Positions 1 through 8,570 of a stretch of 64,000 bases of DNA are shown in pieces. The notes beneath the pieces were generated by a model that saw nothing but the letters and a program-made list of their open reading frames with translations, made no database searches and was not told the origin of the DNA. Both the position numbers and the translations under genes were made by a program. This stretch comes from a virus. Position 1 is the first letter of the stretch. Every line of letters starts with the position of its first letter. The stretch spans positions 33,386 through 97,385 of IMG/VR virus record IMGVR_UViG_3300034101_003081, one strand, 5' to 3'.

Positions 1-96
1 CGTGCGGCCTCTCTTTTTTTGAAGAACTCGATCGCTGCCTGCTGCTCCTCGCGGAGCCGCTGTTCGTTGTTCATGTTCATGTTGGCGTGTCCAGAC

Positions 97-918
97 TTAG
101 CAAGACTCAAGACTCGGGAGGGAGACCCCGCACTGCTCGCAGAGTTTGGCGACCTCGGCGGCAAGTTCTGCCCTGGTGTGCGATCCAGCGCGGCGTGCCT
201 CGCTCGTCGTGACGCAGCCCTCGTCGACCTCCAGGGCCGCCGGGTAGCAGTGACTTGGCAGGAACCCGAACCGCTCTTGGTGCGACCAGCACAGCCGACG
301 CAGGCTCGCGTTGTGGCACAGGGCAAACGCGAGACGGTCGACGTCGACCGGCTGGTTCGCTGCCTTGACCAGCACCTCGACTTGGTGCTGGGCACGGCCG
401 CCAGACGTCCGCGACGTGGCCTTCGCGGCCCATAGTTCGACTCGCAGTCCCAGGCTTTCCAGAACGTCGACGGCGGCCAGGACAACGGCACCGCGAGCGA
501 AGATCGCCTCGGCCGTCACGCCCGCACTGACGCCCAGGTTGGCGTACAGCCGGACGACCCGCTGCGACCCGAACCGGCCGGTCTCGTACTCGTTGTAAGA
601 GCCGCAGGATTCCGGCTCGCCCGACAAGACGCGGCCGACGTCCACGAAGTCGCCGACGGCGTCCCAGGCGAACTGCTGGCAGGCGGCGACCTTCGAGGCC
701 TCCACGTACTGATCGAGACTAGCCCGAATCTCGGCGACGCGAGCCGCACCCTCGTGCCAGCCAGCGTGCGCCAACTCGACGGCCTGCTCGAACGTGCGAG
801 TGCCGAAGTGGCCTTCGCGGCCGACGTCGCGGCTGCTGATGCCCTTGACCTGCGGCACCTGGCGGACGTCCTCGACGAAGGCCTCGTACGAGTCAAAAGC
901 GTGGCGGATGTGGCTCAT
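97..918 (-). CDS. Putative AAA+ ATPase partner protein (vWA-like), paralog 1
   Basis: ATG at 918 with AGGAGA RBS. Shares GDFxDxGRVLSGEPE and RLAFxLxH.xxLRRL motifs with the two neighbouring genes. Co-oriented with a MoxR-type ATPase. Confidence 0.65.
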   Translation of the reverse strand: MSHIRHAFDSYEAFVEDVRQVPQVKGISSRDVGREGHFGTRTFEQAVELAHAGWHEGAARVAEIRASLDQYVEASKVAACQQFAWDAVGDFVDVGRVLSGEPESCGSYNEYETGRFGSQRVVRLYANLGVSAGVTAEAIFARGAVVLAAVDVLESLGLRVELWAAKATSRTSGGRAQHQVEVLVKAANQPVDVDRLAFALCHNASLRRLCWSHQERFGFLPSHCYPAALEVDEGCVTTSEARRAGSHTRAELAAEVAKLCEQCGVSLPSLESC

Positions 919-987
919 GTTCGATGTCTCCTGGGGATGTCGGATTATTGCCGACGTCCTGAATGAAGTCAAGCGGCCGGTTTGGCT

Positions 988-1827
988 CTATGACACAACA
1001 ATGGATTCCCGCTCTTCGGCCGAGAAAGACACGCCGCACGACTCGCAGACTTGCAAGACTCGGGCCGCCCTGGCCGCCGCCGTTGTGTCACTCTGTCTAA
1101 CCTCGGGCGTCGCGATCGCGCCCTCCTCGACGAGCAGCGGGCACGTCCCCGTGCAGTTGGGGCTGAATCCCAAGTCTTCCTCGACGCTGAAGAACAGCCG
1201 ACGCAGGCTGGCGTTGTGGGCCAAAAAGAACGCGATCCGGTCAGGCTCGAACGGCTGGCTGGCATCTTTGGCCTTGACCAGCACGGTCAACTTGTCGCCT
1301 CTGATGCGACTGTGCGAGCCAGAGCCGAGCCACAACTCGACACGGTGGCCGAGCGTCTCCAGCACGTCGACAGCCGCAAACACGGCGGCTCCAGCACTGA
1401 AAATGCTCTCCTTCTTGACGCCGGCAATCGCGGACAGGTTCGCAACTAACTTGATCACTCTCGTCGACGGCTGCGAGTCTTGCCCCTCGCGGAACGATCC
1501 GCAGCACTCAGGCTCGCCAGACAATACGCGGCCAATGTCGATGAAGTCGCCTGTAGTGTCCCACTCCAGTTTGCACGACTTGGCCGCGACAGCCTTGTCG
1601 ACGACGCTCTCCAACTCGGCGCGGAGTTTGGTCAGCCGCTCGGCGCCTGCGGGCCAGCCCTTCGTGGCGAGTTCGACAGCCTCGCCGAACGTCGCCGTGC
1701 CATGAAACCCAGCCTCGACGCCGCAGTGCGAGACCTTGGAGTTCTCGCCCTTGGTGTCGGCGGCGGCAATGAAGTCGCCGATGGTCTCGAACGTCACGAC
1801 CCGATGATCATCGTTCTTCTTCTTCAC
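988..1827 (-). CDS. Putative AAA+ ATPase partner protein (vWA-like), paralog 2
   Basis: 279 aa with AGGAGA RBS. Contains GDFIDIGRVLSGEPECCG and RIAFFLAHNASLRRL. Confidence 0.65.
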   Translation of the reverse strand: MKKKNDDHRVVTFETIGDFIAAADTKGENSKVSHCGVEAGFHGTATFGEAVELATKGWPAGAERLTKLRAELESVVDKAVAAKSCKLEWDTTGDFIDIGRVLSGEPECCGSFREGQDSQPSTRVIKLVANLSAIAGVKKESIFSAGAAVFAAVDVLETLGHRVELWLGSGSHSRIRGDKLTVLVKAKDASQPFEPDRIAFFLAHNASLRRLFFSVEEDLGFSPNCTGTCPLLVEEGAIATPEVRQSDTTAAARAARVLQVCESCGVSFSAEERESIVVS

Positions 1828-1853
1828 GGTCTAGTCTCCTTGTCTTGGATTGC

Positions 1854-2684
1854 TCAGGCCTTGACCAGTTCTGCGATCTGCTCTTCGTCGAACGTGAGGC
1901 CGCACTTCTCGGCGATCTTGATCACGTTCTCTTTCAGGCTCTTCGCCGACAGGTTGACCGCCGACAGAATCTCGTCGATCTCGACCGTGCCCTGACGCTT
2001 GCCGTAATCGGCGACCGACGCTGGGTGGCAGTTCGACGGGCAGTGCCCGTACAACTCCATCCAGCGAAAACCGAACCGCCGGAAGAACGACGGGTGTGCG
2101 ACGGTGAACGCGAGGCGGTCAGGGTCGACGATCTCGCCAGGCCGCTTGGCGACGACGTTCGCCGTGAGGTGAAGGCCGTGACCGCTCGTCGCCGTCGAGC
2201 AGATGACTTCGCAGCGAATGCCGCACGACTCAAGCAAGTCGACCGCCACCAGCACGGCCACGCCGCGGGCCGCGATCGCGTCGGCGCTGACGGCCCCGCT
2301 CACGCACTGATTGAGCCGTATCGACACGACCTTGGACGACACCGTCTCGCCGTTCTCAAACTCCTGGCCGCAGCACTCAGGCTCGCCCGACAGGACACGG
2401 CCAACGTCGATGAAGTCGCCAGTGACGTCCCAGCCGAACGTCCGAGACTTGGCAGTCTTGGCGGCGGAAATAAACGCCGAGAGTCCATCGCGGTGCTTGT
2501 TCACGCGGGCGACGCCGTCTGCCCAGCCCCTCGCGAACAACTCGCCAGCCTCGGCGTAGGTGTCCGTCCAGAAAAACTCCTTCCGGCCTGTGGCCTGGCT
2601 GTTCTGGCTCACGCCCTTGTCGTCGCGGGCGAGGTCTGCCAGGTAGTCGCTCACGGTCTCGTAGTCTTTGACGATCGTCTTCAC
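1854..2684 (-). CDS. Putative AAA+ ATPase partner protein (vWA-like), paralog 3
   Basis: GTG at 2684 with AGGAGA RBS. Contains GDFIDVGRVLSGEPECCG and RLAFTVAHPSFFRRF. Confidence 0.65.
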   Translation of the reverse strand: MKTIVKDYETVSDYLADLARDDKGVSQNSQATGRKEFFWTDTYAEAGELFARGWADGVARVNKHRDGLSAFISAAKTAKSRTFGWDVTGDFIDVGRVLSGEPECCGQEFENGETVSSKVVSIRLNQCVSGAVSADAIAARGVAVLVAVDLLESCGIRCEVICSTATSGHGLHLTANVVAKRPGEIVDPDRLAFTVAHPSFFRRFGFRWMELYGHCPSNCHPASVADYGKRQGTVEIDEILSAVNLSAKSLKENVIKIAEKCGLTFDEEQIAELVKA

Positions 2685-2773
2685 TGGGATGGTTCTCCTG
2701 GGCGTTGGCTTGTGTCCCCGCTCCCCGGCCGGCAAGCCCATAGCCAGCCGGGGAGCGTATCCAGACAACTCGA

Positions 2774-4039
2774 CTAGAGGTTCGCCTCGATCTTGCTGCG
2801 GGTGTCCTTGTCGAGCCCCTTCCAGACGCAGGCGTCGAGAGTGGCATCGACGGGCCAGCCAGCCCGAAGCAGGGCGACGCCGTTGATGTTCGCACGCGGC
2901 GAGACGATCACCCGCACGCCCTTGCCGAGCGAGGCAATGGCATTACGGACGGCGACGACCTTCTTCACGTACTCGGCGACCCGCTCCTCGGCGACGGCCT
3001 TCTCGACGTCGGTCTTCACCGAATGCACCTTGATCCCCTTGGCCTGCGGGGCCTCGGCGAACAACTCCAGGGACAGGCCGCAGGCCGCCGCCTCGATCCG
3101 GGGATCGTACTGCCAGTCGACCAGCACGAACCGATCGAGCGTCGCCGCGTCGATCTGCTGCCGTCCCACGTACTGCCGATCGGCACCCTGCCCGATCGTG
3201 TTGGCACCGGCGATCAGCACGAAGTCGGCATGCTTCGCGACGACGGCGTCGGGGAACGAGGCGTGCCCGTTGGCGAGCAACTGATTGATCACGACCAGCA
3301 CGGCCGGATTGGCCGCGTCGACCTCGTCGAGCAGGAACACGCCACCATGCTCGTAGGCGTCGCGGAGTTGCGTCCGCACCACCTTGCCGTTGGCGTCGTG
3401 GTAGCCGAGCAGGCTCGACTCGGACGTCTGCGGGCCGACCGACTTGGCGTAGAACGGCAGGCCGAGCGAGTCCGCGACGGCATGCGCCGACGACGTCTTG
3501 CCAGAGCCGGCAGGCCCGACGAGCCAGCAATTCCTGCGGGCAGCAACGGCGGCGAGCAAGGCCTCAAACTGGACGTGCTGGACGCCCACGTCGTTGGCGA
3601 CGCCCTCGACGGTCACGACCTCGATCCGCTGCGGCACCAGGGCCGCGATCCGCTGATCGACGATCGCCGTGACCTCGTCGATATCGACGCCGCCCTTGCC
3701 GCCCTCGGAGGTCACGAGCCCGGTGTCGCGGACGGCCTCGGCGATGATCTCGGCGAGGGAACGATTGCCGCGACCGCCGTCGATCTCCGAGTCAGACTCG
3801 ACCTCGCCGTTACCGTGTCCAGACTTCTCGGCACCGCTCGCCCACAGGCTCAGGCCCCGGCTCGTCTTGACGACCTGCTCGCCGTTGGGTCCGACGAGAT
3901 GGAAGAGACGGGACTGGCGACCCTTCTCGGTCTCGCGGGTCTCGACCCGCTCGATCGTGAACTCCCTGCCGTCCGCGACGGTGATGACGGCGCCGACCTT
4001 GTACGACTGCCACGAGTTGTTGATGACGTTGTTGTTCAC
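2774..4039 (-). CDS. MoxR/CbbQ-like AAA+ ATPase
   Basis: Walker A GPAGSGKT, Walker B FLLDEVD, sensor GANT, arginine finger DAATLDRF, sensor-2 VSPRA. GTG start at 4039 with AGGAGA RBS. Confidence 0.9.
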   Translation of the reverse strand: MNNNVINNSWQSYKVGAVITVADGREFTIERVETRETEKGRQSRLFHLVGPNGEQVVKTSRGLSLWASGAEKSGHGNGEVESDSEIDGGRGNRSLAEIIAEAVRDTGLVTSEGGKGGVDIDEVTAIVDQRIAALVPQRIEVVTVEGVANDVGVQHVQFEALLAAVAARRNCWLVGPAGSGKTSSAHAVADSLGLPFYAKSVGPQTSESSLLGYHDANGKVVRTQLRDAYEHGGVFLLDEVDAANPAVLVVINQLLANGHASFPDAVVAKHADFVLIAGANTIGQGADRQYVGRQQIDAATLDRFVLVDWQYDPRIEAAACGLSLELFAEAPQAKGIKVHSVKTDVEKAVAEERVAEYVKKVVAVRNAIASLGKGVRVIVSPRANINGVALLRAGWPVDATLDACVWKGLDKDTRSKIEANL

Positions 4040-4109
4040 TGGGCTTCTCCTTTTGAAAACCAAATCGACCGGGCTGTGTGATCGAGTGACGTCCACTCGT
4101 CATGCGACA

Positions 4110-4138
4110 AGTATCTCCGCTGTCGGGGATGCTGTCAA
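4110..4138 (-). promoter_or_regulatory. Sigma70-type promoter for the AAA operon
   Basis: TTGACA (4138-4133), 17 nt spacer, GATACT (4115-4110). A hairpin follows at 4083-4099. Confidence 0.75.
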
Positions 4139-4188
4139 GCGGATTCTTTTGACTATGACACAAGACGCAAAAACCCCTGTTTTTCGGC

Positions 4189-4413
4189 CTAAAACGAGGT
4201 TTTTCGGCCGGAGGGCTGTTCCGCCAGCCTGGCGGACAGGTGGGCGACGGCCTCGGATTCGGCGTGGTGCTGGGCGTACCAGGCCACCGCAGGCAGGAGC
4301 CATTCGACGTCGATCGGCCTGCCATTCGATGCCGCGACTGCGGCATCGAAGACCCGCAGATAGAGGTCTCGCTGTGGAGACGTCAGAAACTCCAGCACGT
4401 CGCAGTCACGCAT
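4189..4413 (-). CDS. Hypothetical protein
   Basis: 74 aa ORF with GGAGG RBS, downstream of the TROVE gene. Confidence 0.5.
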   Translation of the reverse strand: MRDCDVLEFLTSPQRDLYLRVFDAAVAASNGRPIDVEWLLPAVAWYAQHHAESEAVAHLSARLAEQPSGRKTSF

Positions 4414-4483
4414 GGCCAGTCCCTCCGCGACGAGAGTAGCGTGTCCAAACTACTCTCGCCGTGCGGGATCATACGTCGCGTGC

Positions 4484-5797
4484 TTAGGCCTGTGCAAGAG
4501 CCTCGCACTCGACGATGTAGCGAATCACGTTTTCAGCGAAGCCGTCAACGTGAGTCCAACCGTCGTGATAGCCGACGCCATGCTGATACGGCGCGACGTT
4601 GATCATGTACGCCGCATCTGCCTTCGGGCGCACAACACGGTCATGCGATTGTTCGTCCGTGACCACGATCAGGCGATCGTGGTCGAACTTCTCGACAGCC
4701 CGAATCGCTTCGCCGAGCAGCGTCCCGCCTCGCGGCTGCGAGAGTTGCACGGCCTCGACGCCAGACAGGCCACGACGAGGAGGCACCTCGACCACTCTGT
4801 CGGAGAATGAAAAGACACGAAGGTCGTCGCAGTTGAGTATTGCCGCGAGCGACGCCGCTGCGTCAAGTCTCGTCAAGTCTGCGCGGCTCGACAGAGGCAC
4901 GTCCATCGAGCCCGAGACGTCGACCAGCACGATCGTCTTGCCTGAGAGCCTCGGCAGTTCGTGGATCGACGCGAGCATCGCGATGTCGAGCGTCGGCTCC
5001 AGCGACGGCGCGGCCTTGGCCGCAGCGACGAAACGAAACGGAAGCACTCGCTCGGCGCCGAGCCTGCCCAAGATCGCGTTCTTGATCAGCGACGTCTCGA
5101 CGCCAGCCTCGACCATGTTCCGTAGGTTGCGGAGCAGGGCGAGGTAGCCGATCTTCTGCTCGCGGATCAGTCGCTCGAACGTGGACTTCTTGTCAGCGCC
5201 GCCTGAGAGCGAGACTTCCCACGTATCGGGAGCAACGAGCGTTCCCTCGACGAGCGATCGCCACAGGCTTGCCTGCTCAGGTGTGTCGGGCTTGGCATGG
5301 CACAGAAATAAGACGTCGCGAAGTTTGATAGCCGACGGCTTGTTGTACTTGGCAAGTTGGTAGGCGTTGAACTTCTTGAACGCCGCCGCGAGGCCTTTCT
5401 TCATCGGGTTCGAGAGCGGCTTCTTGCCGTCGGCCCAGTAGATGGCGACGAGTTCTGCGAGTTCGTCCGCTCGCTGGATCGTGTCGACGATCGCCTGCGA
5501 GACGAGTTTGCCGGAGCCGTGCTTGATCAGCCCCTTGAGCAGGAGCAGCGGAACGTGCCGCAAATGAAACTTTGAGCGAGCCTCGACGGCGAGAGATGCG
5601 ATCTCGTCGGGCGTGACCTTCTCGCACAACGAGAGAATGCGATCCGCAACATCGACGCCATCCTCGTAGTGCGTCGACTCCCACAGCAGGCACGTCAGGA
5701 CGGTGCGTCGCAGTTCCTGGCTGGGCGTGATCCGCACAGCCGGAGCGCCCTCGTGCGTGACTGCGGCATTCGAGGCGGGAGCGGTGTTGAGTCGCAC
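4484..5797 (-). CDS. rsr: TROVE-domain RNA-binding protein (Ro60/Rsr homolog) with C-terminal vWA domain
   Basis: Motifs CLLWE..YEDG, FNAYQLAKY, LRDVLFLCHAKP, TWEVSLS, YLALLRNLRNM, LPFRF, MIDAS DVSGSM and TDEQ. GTG start at 5797 with AGGAG RBS. Confidence 0.9.
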   Translation of the reverse strand: MRLNTAPASNAAVTHEGAPAVRITPSQELRRTVLTCLLWESTHYEDGVDVADRILSLCEKVTPDEIASLAVEARSKFHLRHVPLLLLKGLIKHGSGKLVSQAIVDTIQRADELAELVAIYWADGKKPLSNPMKKGLAAAFKKFNAYQLAKYNKPSAIKLRDVLFLCHAKPDTPEQASLWRSLVEGTLVAPDTWEVSLSGGADKKSTFERLIREQKIGYLALLRNLRNMVEAGVETSLIKNAILGRLGAERVLPFRFVAAAKAAPSLEPTLDIAMLASIHELPRLSGKTIVLVDVSGSMDVPLSSRADLTRLDAAASLAAILNCDDLRVFSFSDRVVEVPPRRGLSGVEAVQLSQPRGGTLLGEAIRAVEKFDHDRLIVVTDEQSHDRVVRPKADAAYMINVAPYQHGVGYHDGWTHVDGFAENVIRYIVECEALAQA

Positions 5798-5828
5798 GGC
5801 TGGGCTCCTGGCTGATGAGGAAGAGAAA

Positions 5829-5903
5829 TGCTGGCGAGAACAGCGAGGCCGGGGGATCAAACAGCCTTAGTGTGAAGTAACCGGACTCTGCACTACGCCA
5901 GCA
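5829..5903 (-). ncRNA. Y-RNA-like stem-loop RNA, copy 1
   Basis: Ends pair (UGCUGGCG/CGCCAGCA). Shares GUAGUGCAG, UACUUC and UGUUCUC with copy 2. Directly upstream of rsr. Confidence 0.7.
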
Positions 5904-5913
5904 AGGCGACAAG

Positions 5914-5984
5914 AGCCGCGAGAACAAACGGACACGGCGTGGTTTCTATCGCAAAGAAGTAGCCGTGGCCTGCACTACGCGGCC
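5914..5984 (-). ncRNA. Y-RNA-like stem-loop RNA, copy 2
   Basis: GCCGCG/CGCGGC closing stem and CACGGC/GCCGUG upper stem, with the same conserved motifs as copy 1. Starts at the predicted +1 of the adjacent promoter. Confidence 0.7.
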
Positions 5985-5991
5985 GAGAGGC

Positions 5992-6019
5992 AGTGTACGG
6001 ATACGCACACTGCGTGCAA
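5992..6019 (-). promoter_or_regulatory. Promoter for the Y-RNA-like pair and rsr
   Basis: TTGCAC, 16 nt spacer, TACACT. Predicted +1 at about 5984. Confidence 0.6.
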
Positions 6020-6027
6020 GAAAGTTT

Positions 6028-6402
6028 TCAGCCCACGCCGGCGGGCAGAGGCTGCCAGTGCGTGGGCTGCGGCTTGAACGTCGCGAGCGAATCAGTCCTG
6101 ACGAACACGCCGTCCTCGCCGCAGCAGCCGACTGAGACGGCGTCTTTGACGCAGACTAGCACGGGTTCGTCGACGTCAGGGAGCCGAGACTTGGCCGCGA
6201 CCCACGGAGACTTGGACTTCTTTGGCTTTCGCTTCGGCGAATCGGACTCGACGAGCGTCATGCTCAGTTCAAGCCGCGACGTGCCTGAGTATTCCTGAGT
6301 CACGGATACGCCCGTGATCCACCCCGTGACGTTGTTGGGCAACGCCCCGCCGTACTGAGACGCGACATAGTCGAGGATCGCGGACGAGAGTTCTTCGTTC
6401 AT
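6028..6402 (-). CDS. DUF551-like phage protein
   Basis: W......RLP...PTHWQPLP signature. Confidence 0.6.
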   Translation of the reverse strand: MNEELSSAILDYVASQYGGALPNNVTGWITGVSVTQEYSGTSRLELSMTLVESDSPKRKPKKSKSPWVAAKSRLPDVDEPVLVCVKDAVSVGCCGEDGVFVRTDSLATFKPQPTHWQPLPAGVG

Positions 6403-6788
6403 GCGATCTCTGCCTCGAATCTCGCCGCCGCCGTCATCACGTCTTCGACCCGCTGAGACCGGACGCCAGACGCTCGCCACGCTCGCCTGGCGGCAATCGC
6501 GAGGGCGGCACCTGCGGCGACTGTCCTGCGAAGTCTCGTCATCTCGGCCAGCACGACGGCCAAGAAGTGCGGATCAGCCGAGACGCAGTCTTGGCGACCA
6601 CACGGATCGCAGTCGGCGACCGCCGCCGCCAGTGACCGCATCACGTCGTCCGACGAGTGCGAGCCGAGCATGCCCTGGTCGGCCAGGTAGCCTCGCAGCC
6701 GCTCGATCTCTGACGCCGCTTCTTCGGCGATTCCGTTGCACATCAAGCACAGAGCGTCGGCGCGGAGTTTCTCGACGACGTCGCTCAT
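6399..6788 (-). CDS. Hypothetical protein
   Basis: MSDVVEKLR...AASEIERLR, GGAGG RBS, ATGA coupling to neighbours. Confidence 0.6.
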   Translation of the reverse strand: MSDVVEKLRADALCLMCNGIAEEAASEIERLRGYLADQGMLGSHSSDDVMRSLAAAVADCDPCGRQDCVSADPHFLAVVLAEMTRLRRTVAAGAALAIAARRAWRASGVRSQRVEDVMTAAARFEAEIA

Positions 6789-6887
6789 GTGTCGTCCTCC
6801 AGCCACTTCGCTGCCTTGATGAGCCAGGCGGCGTACCGTCGCAGGAAGTCCGCCGACTCCCTGCCGTCGTACACGTCGAGCCTGGCG

Positions 6888-7190
6888 TCAACGACCCTCT
6901 CGCCGTCGGCAGTCACGCACTCCGCACGGCTCGTCGCAGTCGAAATCTTCCTCGGCCTCGTCGTCGCAGCAGCCTTCGTCTTCATCGTCGGCAAACCCCT
7001 CCGCGTTGACGTTGAACACCCAATGGACACCGCTGGCGTAGATCGACAGGTCGCACTCTTCCGCGAGAAGGGCTGGAGACAGTCGTCGCGAGCCACCGTC
7101 AAGGCGGGCGGACTCGTTCTCGAAGTACTGCTGCTCGGACTCCAGATACACGAACACGTCGTCATCCAGTTTTTCGACGATGAGCCTCAT
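6888..7190 (-). CDS. Hypothetical acidic protein
   Basis: ATG at 7190 after GGAGG. Acidic, Cys-rich C-terminus. Confidence 0.5.
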   Translation of the reverse strand: MRLIVEKLDDDVFVYLESEQQYFENESARLDGGSRRLSPALLAEECDLSIYASGVHWVFNVNAEGFADDEDEGCCDDEAEEDFDCDEPCGVRDCRRREGR

Positions 7191-7415
7191 TATTTCGCCT
7201 CCATGACAAAGCGGGGAACGGCCAGCCGAGAGAGAATCCACACGCACGAGAGCAGGCAGAGAGATTCCAGCGGCTTGATCGTTTGCATGCCGAACATAGA
7301 CGGCAGGCACCCGTTCCAGGCGGCGGTGAACGCGAGCGATGCCGCCATAAGGACGACTGCCCACACCAGCACGGCCGCAGCAAAGCGGCCAATAACCTCG
7401 GCTGCGGAAACAGAA

Positions 7416-7697
7416 TCACTTCCCACGGTAAGCGTCTCCGTACAAACGAACCTCTTCCTTGAGTCTCTCCACGTACACGGCGGCGTCGAGCAACTCTTCT
7501 TGAAGATGCTGAAGCCATCCGGCGAGGTCGATGTCAGTACGATCCGTGGTCGTGCCGTACTTTCTGTACCCAGACTCGGAGCGAGCAAGCAGGGCTGCTC
7601 GAACTCGCATCACGTTCGTGTCTGGCAACTGGCAGTCGCCGCAAGCGTCTCTCTGAGGCTGCGACGGGCGCGCGAAGAGTTTCTTGAGCAGCGACAT
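7416..7697 (-). CDS. Conserved phage protein (all-alpha NTP-pyrophosphatase-like)
   Basis: GYRKYGTT..R.D....WLQHLQEELLDAAVY motif. Confidence 0.55.
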   Translation of the reverse strand: MSLLKKLFARPSQPQRDACGDCQLPDTNVMRVRAALLARSESGYRKYGTTTDRTDIDLAGWLQHLQEELLDAAVYVERLKEEVRLYGDAYRGK

Positions 7698-7703
7698 GCC
7701 CGG

Positions 7704-7731
7704 AGTGTACGGACACGCCAACTGTGGTCAA
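7704..7731 (-). promoter_or_regulatory. Promoter, probably giving a leaderless mRNA at ATG 7697
   Basis: TTGACC, 16 nt spacer, TACACT; the ATG lies 6 nt after the -10 box. Confidence 0.55.
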
Positions 7732-8174
7732 GATTTTTTTCGCCGCCCCGGTGAGCGTCCGGACGCTCGCTTCTTTGGCGATCGTCGCTCGCCGACGAGA
7801 CGAGGCCTGCCGTACTGCGGCGGATTGGCGAGGTACTCGCGGATGTTTCGTTCGCACGACTCGCGGTCGACCGCCCAGCATTTGTCGTTGAGCCGAAACC
7901 CCTTCAGGCGACCGTCCACGAGCATGCGGCCGATCATGGCGTCCGTGACGCAGACAATGTCACAGGCCTCGGGCACGCTGATCCACCGCCGGCAGGCCTT
8001 TTGGAACGCCTCTAGATTGCAATCCTGTGCAAGCACCGACTCGTGGCAGACCAGCAGACCCTTGCCGCTCAGAGGGACAGCCAGAATCTGTCCCTTGGCG
8101 ATCCGCTTGAGGACGCCGACTTGGGAGATTTTGAGAATTGCAGCCGCTTCGGCCACGGAAATGGGCTGTTTCAT
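7728..8174 (-). CDS. Tandem winged-HTH (excisionase/HTH_17-like) DNA-binding protein
   Basis: Two repeats: ISVAEAAAILKIS...KRIAKGQI and ISVPEACDIVCVT...RMLVDGRL. Divergent from the recombinase. Confidence 0.75.
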   Translation of the reverse strand: MKQPISVAEAAAILKISQVGVLKRIAKGQILAVPLSGKGLLVCHESVLAQDCNLEAFQKACRRWISVPEACDIVCVTDAMIGRMLVDGRLKGFRLNDKCWAVDRESCERNIREYLANPPQYGRPRLVGERRSPKKRASGRSPGRRKKS

Positions 8175-8316
8175 GGTTTGCCTCTCCGTACAAGTTGCCC
8201 AAAAAACCGACCCCCGCAGGGGTCAGTCTTGACAGTGCAATGGCGGGGGTAGGATTATTCGTCAAGAAGCAGCGGCAACGGAATCGCTGCAATGCTCGCG
8301 CACGGAGGATTGGAAA

Positions 8317-8480
8317 TGATCGTCAGGCTTTCACACGTCGACCAGAAGTACGTGCTGCTCGAAGCGATCGAGGACTTCATTGCGAAGTGCAACAAGCAGA
8401 AGCAGTGGCGCGCAGTTGACGCCGCGAGAGACCTGTACGAGCAGGTGAACAAGGCGACACGAAAGACAAAGACGGAATAA
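8317..8480 (+). CDS. Small hypothetical protein (start approximate)
   Basis: MIVRLSHVDQ... preceded by GGAGG, upstream of the recombinase. Confidence 0.45.
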
Positions 8481-8570
8481 AGCGATCGGCACCGTTGGTC
8501 ACACCCTGCCCATGAAGGGTAGGCAACCCTGAAAGGACTCGCACACTCCACCCAAGAAGGAGATGCGACA

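Noticed and set aside
5829-5984. tRNA genes
   Set aside because: No cloverleaf, T-loop GTTC or CCA end; these are long single stems.
8229-8260. Consensus promoter for the recombinase (TTGACA at 8229)
   Set aside because: No good -10 box at 16-18 nt spacing, so it is kept only as part of an inverted repeat.
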